Below are positions 48,442 through 57,846 of a stretch of 64,000 nt of DNA, piece by piece. Where the stretch lies: NCBI GenBank assembly GCA_965228895.1, contig OZ245842.1:2336001-2400000 (forward strand), read 5' to 3'. The DNA is from Alphaproteobacteria bacterium. GTDB lineage: Bacteria > Pseudomonadota > Alphaproteobacteria > SP197. Made by a program: the position numbers and the translations under genes. The notes beneath the pieces were generated by a model. It was given only the letters and a program-made list of their open reading frames with translations. It was not told the DNA's origin and made no database searches. Position 1 is the first letter of the stretch. Each line of letters opens with the position of its first letter.

Positions 48442-49649
48442 CAGTTTTTGTCATTGGCGCCGGCATCGCCGGGCTCGCCGCAGCGCTGGCCGTGGCACAA
48501 AGCGGCCGCGATGTGACTGTCATTGAAGCGGCGCCCCAGGCCGGCGGCCGCTGCCGTTCGCTCGACGACGCTACCCTGGAGCGGCGCATCGATAACGGCA
48601 GCCATGTGCTGCTGGGTGCCAACCCTGCCGCTTTCGCTTATCTGGAAACCATCGATGCGCGTGACACGGTCATGCGTCTGGACCTCGCCGGCTATCGCTT
48701 TGCCGACCTGGAAACCGGCGAACGGTGGTCTTACCAGGCTGGCCTGCCCATGCCTGGGGTCAGCCTGTGGCACCACCTGCGCACACTCGGCCTGTTCCTT
48801 GCCGGTGCTGACCGGACAGTCGCCCAGGCGCTTGGATCCGGTCCGCTAATGCGCCGGTTCTGGGCGCCGATGACCTTCGCGATCTTAAACACCGCGCCCG
48901 ACGAGGCTTCCGCCCACATGCTGCGGCGTGCGTTCATGGCGATCCTCCGTCATGGCCGTCGAGGTCTTCATATGCACATGGCGCGCGATGGCCTGAGCGA
49001 GAGCTTTGTCGATCCGGCTCTGGACAAGCTCAGAAAGCTTGGTGCCACCACGCGGTTCGGGCAACGGGTCGTCGGCCTGTCGTTTGACCGGAAACGCGTG
49101 ACGGCACTGTCCCTGGGCGACCAATCGATACCGCTCGCCGATGGCGATTGGGTCATTGTGGCCACCGGTCCAAAGGCGGCAGGCGACCTTATCCCAGGCC
49201 TTGTGACACCAAAGGGCGACAATGCGATCGTGAACGGACACTTCCTGGTCGACGGCATCGGCGAAGCCGACGGCCGGCCCGGCGCCATGGGTCTGGTCGG
49301 CGCCACCGCCCAGTGGCTCTTTTGGCGCGAAAGGGTTGTCTCGGCCACGGTCAGCGCCGCAAACGATCTGGCCGCGCAGGACAACGCCGCCATCGCGGCA
49401 ATGCTGTGGCGCGACATCACCCGGGCGCTGGATTTGGGCGACGCGCCCCTACCCCTTTTTCGAATCGTGAAGGAGAAGCGCGCGACCTTTGCGCAAACCT
49501 GCGCCAACGATCGGCGGCGGCCGCCATCCAGGACGCATATCAGCAATCTCCTGGCTGCCGGCGACTGGACCGACACCGGCCTGCCGGCGTCTATCGAAAG
49601 CGCGGTTCGCTCAGGCAACCGGGCCGCACAGCTTGTGTTGGCAGTCTGA
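48438..49649 (+). CDS. hpnE: Hydroxysqualene dehydroxylase HpnE
   Basis: GAGIAGL, GGRCRS, IDNGSH, EKRATF, AGDWTDTGLPASIESAVRSG. Confidence 0.92.
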   Translation: MTVFVIGAGIAGLAAALAVAQSGRDVTVIEAAPQAGGRCRSLDDATLERRIDNGSHVLLGANPAAFAYLETIDARDTVMRLDLAGYRFADLETGERWSYQAGLPMPGVSLWHHLRTLGLFLAGADRTVAQALGSGPLMRRFWAPMTFAILNTAPDEASAHMLRRAFMAILRHGRRGLHMHMARDGLSESFVDPALDKLRKLGATTRFGQRVVGLSFDRKRVTALSLGDQSIPLADGDWVIVATGPKAAGDLIPGLVTPKGDNAIVNGHFLVDGIGEADGRPGAMGLVGATAQWLFWRERVVSATVSAANDLAAQDNAAIAAMLWRDITRALDLGDAPLPLFRIVKEKRATFAQTCANDRRRPPSRTHISNLLAAGDWTDTGLPASIESAVRSGNRAAQLVLAV

Positions 49650-49876
49650 CGCGTCGTCGAACGCTGGGGAATGAATTAGAAAGAATTTACTTCTCAATCT
49701 AGACACGAAGCGCGTTCTGGCCCTTAAATGGCGCCAGTGAATACGGCCGACGGCACGGGGTGTTCGTCGGTCAAGAGCGTCGGTCGAGCGCAACTGCGGT
49801 CCAACGTTACGCACAACAGTTAGCGGTGAACGGCGTTCACTTTGAAACATCGTCTAGATGTGGTGGGGGTTAACCA

Positions 49877-49969
49877 ATGGCGAAAATTCTGCAGTCCTTA
49901 CCCGCAACGGTGATTGCCGGCGTTGTCCTGACGGTCATCGTCGCGATCATCATTCTCGCTGTAAACTGA
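49877..49969 (+). CDS. 30-aa single-TM small ORF (MAKILQSLPATVIAGVVLTVIVAIIILAVN), not in the ORF track
   Basis: ATG 49877 after GGGGG, GC-ending codons, hydrophobic helix, TGA 49967-49969. Confidence 0.65.
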   Translation: MAKILQSLPATVIAGVVLTVIVAIIILAVN

Positions 49970-49994
49970 TGCCACGGTGATGAGGGGGTAAGTT

Positions 49995-50495
49995 ATGGAC
50001 GAATTCTTCTGGTCGTTTCTGTTCCGCTATCTGCACGTCATCAGCGGCGTGATGTGGATCGGTCTGCTTTGGTATTTCAACTTCGTGCAGATCCCGAACA
50101 TGCCCAAGATCCCGGATGAGCAAAAACCGGCTATCGGCAAGGTGATCGCGCCGGCGGCGCTGTTCTGGTTCCGCTGGGGCGCCATGGCGACCATCGTGAC
50201 CGGTCTGATCCTGGCCTGGTTGAACGGCTATCTGGTCGACGCCATTCTTGTCGGCATCACCGATAACGGCGGCAGCACCGCCATCGGCATCGGCATGTGG
50301 CTGGGCACCATCATGTTCATCAACGTGTGGATGGTGATCTGGCCCAACCAGAAACGTGCGCTCGGCATTGTCGAGGCCGACGCCGACAGCAAGGCCAAGT
50401 CGGCCCGCACGGCGATGCTGTTCTCTCGAACCAACACGATGCTGTCGATTCCCATGCTGTTCTGCATGGTGTCGCAGCAGAATCCCTGGTGGTAG
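49995..50495 (+). CDS. PuuD-like (urate hydroxylase N-terminal domain) membrane protein without a cytochrome c domain
   Basis: RYLHVISGVMWIGLLWYFNF, WFRW, NVWMVIWPNQK, SRTNT; GAGGGGG SD. Confidence 0.8.
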   Translation: MDEFFWSFLFRYLHVISGVMWIGLLWYFNFVQIPNMPKIPDEQKPAIGKVIAPAALFWFRWGAMATIVTGLILAWLNGYLVDAILVGITDNGGSTAIGIGMWLGTIMFINVWMVIWPNQKRALGIVEADADSKAKSARTAMLFSRTNTMLSIPMLFCMVSQQNPWW

Positions 50496-50518
50496 GCCGA
50501 GAAGAGCGGTTCGTATCC

Positions 50519-50551
50519 AAGAGAGCGGGGCCTTCGGGTCCCGCTCTTTTT
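50519..50551. terminator. Bidirectional terminator between convergent genes
   Basis: AAGAGAGCGGGGCC-TTCG-GGTCCCGCTCTTTTT. Confidence 0.8.
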
Positions 50552-50553
50552 CG

Positions 50554-50931
50554 TTAGACCGCGATCATCGCCGCGGCGACGTGACGGCCGTCGGCGACCA
50601 GCAGGTTGAAGGTGCGGCAGGCCGCGCCCGTGTCCATGACATCGGCAATAATGCCCCGCGGGCGAAGCGCGTCACGCACGGCTTGGTCGACGCGCGGCAC
50701 ATCGTGACCACTGCCAATCAGCAGGATGTCGACGGGTTCGGCGGCGTCGCAAACAGGGACCAGGCTGGCGGCCGTTACATCGGCGATCGAGGCAACCGGC
50801 CAGGCAAGGACGGTCGAGGGCAGGACAATCAGGGAGCCTTCGTAGCGCTGACCGGAGATACGAAATCCGCCGTCGCCATAGGCCTGCACCAGCTTTGGGC
50901 CGCTCTCGGCATCCGGCGTCATGTCCCGCAT
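50554..50931 (-). CDS. Mth938-like / NDUFAF3-like (DUF498) protein
   Basis: YGDGGFRISG, ILLIGSG, MDTGAACRTFNLLVADGR. Confidence 0.88.
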   Translation of the reverse strand: MRDMTPDAESGPKLVQAYGDGGFRISGQRYEGSLIVLPSTVLAWPVASIADVTAASLVPVCDAAEPVDILLIGSGHDVPRVDQAVRDALRPRGIIADVMDTGAACRTFNLLVADGRHVAAAMIAV

Positions 50932-50935
50932 CGGC

Positions 50936-51904
50936 TTAGGGCGTCGCGTCCGCCGAGGCGTCCCCTTCGTCATCCTCGGCCTTGTCCTCGGTTTTGTCGA
51001 ACGTGCGGCGCCCTGGCTGGAGGTAGAGCAGCAGCGGGGCGGCGACAAAGACCGAGGAATAGGTGCCGATGATGACGCCCCAGATCATGGCCAGCGTGAA
51101 GCCGGCAATAACCTCGCCGCCGAAGATATAAAGAGCGAACAAGGCAATCAGGGTTGTGCCGCTGGTCATGATCGTGCGCGACAGCGTGTCGTTGAGCGAC
51201 TTGTCCAGCAGGTCGACGAGCGGCAGTTTCTTGAATTTGCGCAGGTTTTCCCGAACCCGGTCGTAAATGACCACCGTATCGTTCATCGAATAACCGACGA
51301 TGGTCAGCAAGGCCGCCACGATAGGCAGGCCGAAGTCGAGTTGCGTCAATGAGAACAGACCGATGGTCAAGATGACGTCGTGCAGCAGCGCGATGACGGC
51401 GCCCAGCGAGAACTGCCACTCGAAACGCAACCAGATATAGATCAGCATCGCGCCCAGCGCGATCAAAACGGCCATAACGCCTTTTTCGATCAACTCTTGG
51501 CTAACCTGGGGCCCAACGAACTCAATACGCCGATAGTCGACAGGGCCGAAGTCGTTGTCCAGAACGCCCCGGACAATCTCGACGGCGGCCTGCTGGGCCG
51601 CCTCGTCGCCTTCCTGGCGCTGAATCCGGATCAGGACGTCGGTATCCTGGCCAAACTCCTGAAGCGATACCTCGCCAAGGTCCAGATCGTTGAGCGCGTT
51701 GCGCATGCCGCCGATATCGGCCGGGCCTTCGCTTCGCACTTCCACCAGCGTGCCGCCGCGAAAGTCGATGCCGAAGTTCAGACCCATCACGAGGAACAGC
51801 ACAATCGACGCCACGATGCCGACCGCCGACAGGCCCATGGCCATGTTGCGCCAGCGCATGAACGGCACATGCGTGTCTTTGGGAACCAGGCGAAGCGGTT
51901 TCAT
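50936..51904 (-). CDS. secF: Protein translocase subunit SecF
   Basis: GIDFRGG, VGPQVS, HDV, GYSMNDTVVIYDRVRE. Confidence 0.96.
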   Translation of the reverse strand: MKPLRLVPKDTHVPFMRWRNMAMGLSAVGIVASIVLFLVMGLNFGIDFRGGTLVEVRSEGPADIGGMRNALNDLDLGEVSLQEFGQDTDVLIRIQRQEGDEAAQQAAVEIVRGVLDNDFGPVDYRRIEFVGPQVSQELIEKGVMAVLIALGAMLIYIWLRFEWQFSLGAVIALLHDVILTIGLFSLTQLDFGLPIVAALLTIVGYSMNDTVVIYDRVRENLRKFKKLPLVDLLDKSLNDTLSRTIMTSGTTLIALFALYIFGGEVIAGFTLAMIWGVIIGTYSSVFVAAPLLLYLQPGRRTFDKTEDKAEDDEGDASADATP

Positions 51905-51913
51905 GGCATCGTC

Positions 51914-53494
51914 CTAGAGCGGCAAGGCTTGCGGCCGGCGGCGGCGCAGCCACAAAACGGCGAACAGGCGGGTCACCATGATCGCGGTAAACAGCGATGT
52001 CAGGATCCCGATTGCCAGGGTCACGCCGAAACCTTTGATTGGTCCGTCACCCAAGGTGTACAGCAAGGCCGCGGCAATAAACGTGGTGACGTTGGCGTCG
52101 ATAATCGTCGTCAGCGCCCGCTTGTACCCCGCATCCACGGCGTTGAACGGCGTACGTCCGTTGGCGACCTCCTCGCGTATTCGCTCGAAGATCAAGACGT
52201 TGGCGTCGACCGCCATGCCGATGGTCAAGACGATACCGGCAATGCCGGGCAGCGTCAGCGTCGCCTGCAGCGTCGAGAGCGCGCCGCCGATCAGGATGAT
52301 ATTCGCGATCAGCGCGATGTTGGCGAAGATCCCGAAAAGACCATAGCTCAGAACCATGAAGACGATGACGGCGACGAGGCCGATGACCGCGGCCATTTCG
52401 CCGGCGCGCACCTGATCAGCGCCCATGTTCGGACCCACCGTGCGTTCTTCCAGGATCAGCAACGGCGCCGGCAGAGCGCCGGCACGCAGCAGCACGGAAA
52501 GGTCGTTGGTCTGTTCGGGCGAAAAGTTGCCGGTGATGATGCCGGCACCCTGGCAAATCGGGCTGTTGATGCGCGGCGCACTGATGACCTTGTCGTCCAG
52601 CACGATCGCCATGGGCAGGCCGACATTGTCGGTCGTCGTTTCGCAGAACCGCCGGCCGCCGGCACTATCAAAGCGGAAGGAGACCACCGGGCGGCCTTGC
52701 TCGAACGACGGTTGCGCGTCGGTCAGGTGTTCGCCACTGACCATGACCCGCTTGCGTACGACGTAGTACTGGATCGGAACGCCAGCCTCTATCTGGTCAT
52801 CGGTCCGATGCTCTTCCAAAAGCTCGGAGCCCGCCGGAATGTCGCCGGCGAGCGCTTGGCTCAGTGGTGTCTCGTTATCAACCATCCGGAAGGTCAGTTT
52901 GGCAACCGTGTCGGGATCAATAATGCTGGAATCACTGATGCCGGGCAGCTGAATGATGATCCGGTCGAGCCCCTGACGTTGAATGGTCGGCTCGCTAACA
53001 CCGAATTCGTTGAGGCGGTTCCCCAGGATCTCGATGGCCTGCTGCGTGGCATTGCTGATGCGCTGATTGATGCCCTGCTCTGTCAACGCAACCGAAATGG
53101 TGCCGTCATCGTCGAAACTGACCTGGATGGTTTCGTCACGATTTTGTAATGCCAGCCGGGCCGCCTCAAGATCGGCCGCGTCGCGCAGCATCATGACCAA
53201 CTGCTGATTGTTCCAACCCTGTGACCGCACACCGATGCGTTCGTCGCGCAGGATCGCGCGAAAGTCGTCCTCGACCGTCTCCATCCATTCGTCGAGAATC
53301 GCCTCACTCTCGACCTCCAGGAGAACGTAGGAACCACCTCGCAGGTCAAGGCCCAGGCTGATCTGCTTATGAGGCAGCCAGTCGGGCAGTCCGTCCAGGC
53401 TGTCTTTGGGCAGCAGGTTGGGCAGCGCAAAGAGTATGCCGAGCGCACAAACGGCGACGACGACGGCAATCTTCCAGGCGGGGAAGTGGAGCAT
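51914..53494 (-). CDS. secD: Protein translocase subunit SecD
   Basis: LGLDLRGG, GVSEP, LRAGALPAP, GMAVDANVLIFER. Confidence 0.96.
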   Translation of the reverse strand: MLHFPAWKIAVVVAVCALGILFALPNLLPKDSLDGLPDWLPHKQISLGLDLRGGSYVLLEVESEAILDEWMETVEDDFRAILRDERIGVRSQGWNNQQLVMMLRDAADLEAARLALQNRDETIQVSFDDDGTISVALTEQGINQRISNATQQAIEILGNRLNEFGVSEPTIQRQGLDRIIIQLPGISDSSIIDPDTVAKLTFRMVDNETPLSQALAGDIPAGSELLEEHRTDDQIEAGVPIQYYVVRKRVMVSGEHLTDAQPSFEQGRPVVSFRFDSAGGRRFCETTTDNVGLPMAIVLDDKVISAPRINSPICQGAGIITGNFSPEQTNDLSVLLRAGALPAPLLILEERTVGPNMGADQVRAGEMAAVIGLVAVIVFMVLSYGLFGIFANIALIANIILIGGALSTLQATLTLPGIAGIVLTIGMAVDANVLIFERIREEVANGRTPFNAVDAGYKRALTTIIDANVTTFIAAALLYTLGDGPIKGFGVTLAIGILTSLFTAIMVTRLFAVLWLRRRRPQALPL

Positions 53495-53503
53495 CGAGGC
53501 CCG

Positions 53504-53881
53504 TTACTCGTCCTTCTTGTCTTTGTCTTTTTCGGCCTTGTCGTCACCCTGATCGTCATCCCGCGTCTCGGTGCGCTGATAGACATCCGCGACCATGGAC
53601 TGCCGGCATTTGACCTTGACGTTGGGCGCAATCTCGACCAGCAGCACGCCGTCGCCCTCGATGCGCGCAATCCGGCCAATTAGACCGCCTTGGGTTACGA
53701 TCTGGTCGCCGCGCTTCAACGCGCTCAGCATCGCCCTGTGATCCTTGGCGCGCTTTTGCTGCGGCCGGATCACGAAGAACCAAAACACGCCGAACATGGC
53801 CACCATCATGAAGATGAAGACCGGGTCGAATCCGCCGGCGCCGCCGCCGGCTGCCTGTGCGTATGCCGGTGAAATCAGCAT
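53504..53881 (-). CDS. yajC: Preprotein translocase subunit YajC
   Basis: IRPQQKR, GDQIVTQGG; upstream of secD. Confidence 0.95.
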   Translation of the reverse strand: MLISPAYAQAAGGGAGGFDPVFIFMMVAMFGVFWFFVIRPQQKRAKDHRAMLSALKRGDQIVTQGGLIGRIARIEGDGVLLVEIAPNVKVKCRQSMVADVYQRTETRDDDQGDDKAEKDKDKKDE

Positions 53882-54060
53882 GCGTTTCTCCTGTCGGAAA
53901 GGGACGGCGGACTATAGCCACACGCGGCCCCAATGCAAGCGGCGCGACGGCCACAGGCTGGGTAGAAATTCGGCCTGCGGGCCTTCACCTTCGGTGATCA
54001 AATGGCCGGAGTGACCGACACGGCTGGCGGGTGCTGGGGTGCCCCGCCCCAGAGAAAGGG

Positions 54061-54101
54061 ACGGCGTTGAGCGGTTCTGCCGTTCCGCTCAACGCCGTTT
54101 T
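54061..54101 (-). terminator. Stem-loop downstream of the response regulator
   Basis: 14-bp stem ACGGCGTTGAGCGG/CCGCTCAACGCCGT. Confidence 0.65.
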
Positions 54102-54131
54102 ACGCGCTCGACCCCCTAAGGGAGGACTTCG

Positions 54132-54800
54132 TTAGGCGGCGATCTGATTGTTGATCGCCCAAATGGCGGCCTGGGTGCGGTTTTGCACGGCCGTCTTCTT
54201 CAAGATGTGCTTGATGTGCACCTTCACGGTCGCCTCGGCGACGTTGAGCTGGTTGGCGATGACCTTGTTCGCCTCGCCTGCCGCCAGATGGCGCAGAATT
54301 TCGGTCTCACGGTCCGACAGATCGACACCGTCCACCGAACGGCCAATCTGATCGCCCGAGCCGCGGGTACCCGCCTGCTCGATGACCATGGGAATCAGGC
54401 CAGAGGAAAACACGCGCTCGCCGGTGAGGACCAGTTTCAGCGAGGCGAGCAGCGCCTGGGGTGACACATCCTTCAAAAGATAGCCATCGACACCGGCGCC
54501 GAAATAATCGCCGAGCACCTTGCGATCGAGGTCATCGACCAGAACCACGAGCTTCATGTCCGGCTTATCCTTGCGCATCTGTTCCATTTTGGCATGTATC
54601 TCGTTGTCCCGATTTGGAGCATTCACGATCAACATGCTGGGTTCTTCAGGACCGTAGTCGCCGTCGGCAAACTCCGCCAGTGAGGCAATCTGGCCGATCA
54701 CCTGGAAGCTGGAATTGTCGAACAGGCGGATCATGCCCTCCCGCGAAAGGCGGTTAGGGTCAACGATTACAACGGTTGCGTTCGTTTCGATGGAGCTCAT
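54132..54800 (-). CDS. NarL/LuxR-family response regulator with atypical receiver
   Basis: Receiver fold (VIVD, GYLLK) plus LSDRETEIL...NKVIA..L...EATVKVH HTH. Confidence 0.9.
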   Translation of the reverse strand: MSSIETNATVVIVDPNRLSREGMIRLFDNSSFQVIGQIASLAEFADGDYGPEEPSMLIVNAPNRDNEIHAKMEQMRKDKPDMKLVVLVDDLDRKVLGDYFGAGVDGYLLKDVSPQALLASLKLVLTGERVFSSGLIPMVIEQAGTRGSGDQIGRSVDGVDLSDRETEILRHLAAGEANKVIANQLNVAEATVKVHIKHILKKTAVQNRTQAAIWAINNQIAA

Positions 54801-55079
54801 GTTATCTACCCCTGGTCCTGAAGCCTGAAACCTTCACCCGTTTACCCAGCCGGTACTCGGCTGAGGTGGGCGACACATTCGGAATAGCTAGAAGCAGGTA
54901 TCGTGCCAGTCTGACGACGTACCCCGTTGGATGCTGCAATTGGTGCGAGTCCCCTGGGGATAAGCCCAAAATGGCCGCACTATGATACCGATGGTGATGG
55001 TGCGGGTTCCCGACACCCGTTGAGATAGCGGGCCCGGACTGCTAGATGCATCGGCATCAGTGTATCGAAGGAGGACTCC

Positions 55080-56288
55080 ATGCCCGGACCCTTGGACGGA
55101 ATTCGTGTCGTCGACGTGACCGCGATGGTCTCAGGCCCCTATGCGACCATGATGCTGGCCGATCAGGGTGCGGACGTCATCAAGGTGGAGAACCCGGCCG
55201 GAGGCGATCATACCCGCGAGTCCTCAAACCTGCGCAATGGCTTTTCTGCCTCGTTCCTGAACAACAACCGTAACAAACGCTCCGTCGCCCTGAACCTTAA
55301 GGACTCCCGCGGCATCGACGCGCTGATGCGCCTGGTCGCCGACGCCGACGTCTTTGTCCAAAACTTCCGTCCCGGCGTCGTCGACCGCATGGGTATCGGT
55401 GAAGCGGCCTTGCGCGCCGTTCGTCCCGATCTGGTTTATGTCTCCATCAGCGGTTTCGGACCGAACGGTCCTTATGCCCACAAGCCGGTATACGATCCCC
55501 TGGTCCAGGCACTTTCCGGTCTGGCGACGGTCCAGGCCGGATCCGACGAAGAACGTCCGCGCCTGGTTCGCACCATCCTGCCCGACAAGCTGACCGGCGT
55601 TACGGCAGCGCAGGCAATCACGGCGGCGCTGCTTGCCCGCGAGCGCAGCGGGCACGGGCAGCATGTCGAGGTCTCGATGCTGGCAAGCGTCGTCTCCTTC
55701 CTGTGGGGTTCCGACATGGGCAGTCAGACCTTCGTTGGCGGCGAACTGCCGCAACAGGAGGCAGCCAGTTTCATCGACCTGATCTATCAGACGGCGGATG
55801 GTCACATCAGCGCAGCCGTTCAGTCGAACAAGGAATGGCTTGCGCTGACCAAGGCGCTTGAGCGTCCTGAATGGCTGGACGACCCGCGCTTCCTGACGCC
55901 CGCGCTGCGCCAGGACAACATCAACGACCGTTTGGCGCTGACCCAGGAGGTGCTGATCACCGACACGTCCGCCCACTGGCTCGGCCGGCTTGAAGCTGAA
56001 GGTGTACCGTGCGCTCCGGTGCTGACCCGCACCGAAGTCATCGATCACCCGCAGATCGTCGCCCAGGAGATTGTCGATGAAATCGACCATCCGATAGCCG
56101 GCAGGTTGCGTCAATCGCGGCCCCCGGCGCGTTTCTCCAAGACGGCGACAGAGCACCGTCATGGCGGACCTGATCTAGGCCAACACGGCGACGACGTGAT
56201 GGCGGAGATCGGCTACAGCGCCGACGAGATTGCGGCCCTGCGCCGTGATGGCGTGCTCGGCCAACCGTCTAACCAGGCGGCCGCATGA
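55080..56288 (+). CDS. Family III CoA transferase (CaiB/BaiF)
   Basis: LADQGADVIKVE, NRNKRS, NFRPG, YDPLVQA. Confidence 0.92.
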   Translation: MPGPLDGIRVVDVTAMVSGPYATMMLADQGADVIKVENPAGGDHTRESSNLRNGFSASFLNNNRNKRSVALNLKDSRGIDALMRLVADADVFVQNFRPGVVDRMGIGEAALRAVRPDLVYVSISGFGPNGPYAHKPVYDPLVQALSGLATVQAGSDEERPRLVRTILPDKLTGVTAAQAITAALLARERSGHGQHVEVSMLASVVSFLWGSDMGSQTFVGGELPQQEAASFIDLIYQTADGHISAAVQSNKEWLALTKALERPEWLDDPRFLTPALRQDNINDRLALTQEVLITDTSAHWLGRLEAEGVPCAPVLTRTEVIDHPQIVAQEIVDEIDHPIAGRLRQSRPPARFSKTATEHRHGGPDLGQHGDDVMAEIGYSADEIAALRRDGVLGQPSNQAAA

Positions 56289-56995
56289 TCGATTTCTACT
56301 ACTGGCCGACACCCAACGGCTGGAAGGTCTCGATCATGCTGGAGGAGTGCGCGCTTCCCTACCGCATGATCCCGATCAACATCGGCAAGGGCGACCAGTT
56401 TGCACCCGAGTTCCTGGCGATCAGTCCCAACAACCGCATGCCGGCGATCGTCGATCATGACGACCCCGACGGGCCCCTGCCGATTTTTGAGTCCGGTCCC
56501 ATTTTGATGCATCTGGCGGAGAAGACCGGACGTTTCATGCCGACTGATCGGCGCGGCCAAAAGGAACTGCGCGAATGGCTGTTCTGGCAGGTCGGCAATT
56601 TGGGTCCGATGGCCGGGCAGCACAGTCACTTCTTCAACTACGCACCCGATGACGAACTCTATGGTCAGAAACGTTACGCCGACGAATACCACCGCTGCAT
56701 CGGCGTGCTGGAACGCCGTCTGGAGGGCCGTGATTACATTCTCGGCGACTATTCGATTGCCGACATGGCGAGCTTTCCCTGGATTCTGATCGCCAAGGCC
56801 ATGGGCCAGCCGCTTGACGAGTTCCCCAACGTCATCCGCTGGCGCCAGGCGATCAAAGAGCGCCCGGCGGTCAGACGCGGGGTCGACCTGGGCAAAGACC
56901 AGCGCCGCAACGAGCCGCCGAGTGATGAGGAGCGCGAGATCCTGTTCAACCAGCGCGCCCAACCGGCTGCAGCGGACGGCGGGAACGGGCGTTGA
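56285..56995 (+). CDS. Nu-class GST (YfcG/YghU-like)
   Basis: TPNGWK, SPNNRMPAI, FESG, GPMAGQ, YSIAD. Confidence 0.9.
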   Translation: MIDFYYWPTPNGWKVSIMLEECALPYRMIPINIGKGDQFAPEFLAISPNNRMPAIVDHDDPDGPLPIFESGPILMHLAEKTGRFMPTDRRGQKELREWLFWQVGNLGPMAGQHSHFFNYAPDDELYGQKRYADEYHRCIGVLERRLEGRDYILGDYSIADMASFPWILIAKAMGQPLDEFPNVIRWRQAIKERPAVRRGVDLGKDQRRNEPPSDEEREILFNQRAQPAAADGGNGR

Positions 56996-57846
56996 GCGAT
57001 TCCGACAAGCTCGCGCTTCTGGCGCGAATCGCCGATGCGCTTGATCGTCTGGCGCCTCCGCCGCCCGGTGAGATCGATCTCAAACAGGCCGACGCTTTCG
57101 TGTGGGACGCCGAGAGCGCGGACCTGAAGCCGGTCGCCAAGGTCAACGCCGTACCTTTGCAACTGCTCAAGGGCATCGATCTGGTGCGCGACATCCTGCA
57201 CGGCAATACCAGTCGGTTCGCGCGCGGCCTCAGCGCCAACAATGCCTTGTTGTGGGGCGCGCGCGGCATGGGTAAGTCCAGCCTGATCAAGGCTGTCCAC
57301 GCGGCGGTCAACGCCGACAATCCAGGTTCCCTCGCGCTGATCGAAATCCATCGCGAGGATATAGCCGGCCTGCCCCGCCTTCTCGACCGCCTTCGCGCGA
57401 CGGATCGGCGCGCCATCCTGTTCTGTGACGATCTGTCGTTTGAAACCGACGACACGACCTTCAAGTCGTTGAAAGCGGTTCTGGAAGGCGGCATCGAAGG
57501 CCGGCCGGACAACGTGATTTTCTATGCCACGTCGAACCGCCGCCATCTAATGCCCCGCGACATGATGGAGAACGAACGCTCGACGGCGATCAATCCGGCC
57601 GAGGTGATCGAGGAAAAGGTCTCCCTATCGGATCGCTTTGGCCTTTGGCTCGGCTTCCACGGCTGCGACCAGGACACCTATCTCACGATGGTGAAGGGCT
57701 ATGTTGATCACTTCGGCCTGACGATCGACGACGAGGCCTTGAAGGCCGAGGCATTGGAATGGTCGACGACACGGGGCGCACGATCGGGCCGCGTCGCCTG
57801 GCAATTCGTCCAGGACCTTGCCGGACGTTTGGATGACCAGACCTAG
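56992..57846 (+). CDS. DUF815 AAA+ ATPase
   Basis: WGARGMGKSS, FCDDLSF, YATSNRRHL, EKVSLSDRFG. Confidence 0.9.
   Translation: MSDSDKLALLARIADALDRLAPPPPGEIDLKQADAFVWDAESADLKPVAKVNAVPLQLLKGIDLVRDILHGNTSRFARGLSANNALLWGARGMGKSSLIKAVHAAVNADNPGSLALIEIHREDIAGLPRLLDRLRATDRRAILFCDDLSFETDDTTFKSLKAVLEGGIEGRPDNVIFYATSNRRHLMPRDMMENERSTAINPAEVIEEKVSLSDRFGLWLGFHGCDQDTYLTMVKGYVDHFGLTIDDEALKAEALEWSTTRGARSGRVAWQFVQDLAGRLDDQT

Noticed and set aside
51120-51540. Mild AT enrichment within secF as a second recombination patch
   Set aside because: Weaker and less sharply bounded than the uvrA patch, and partly explained by hydrophobic TM codons
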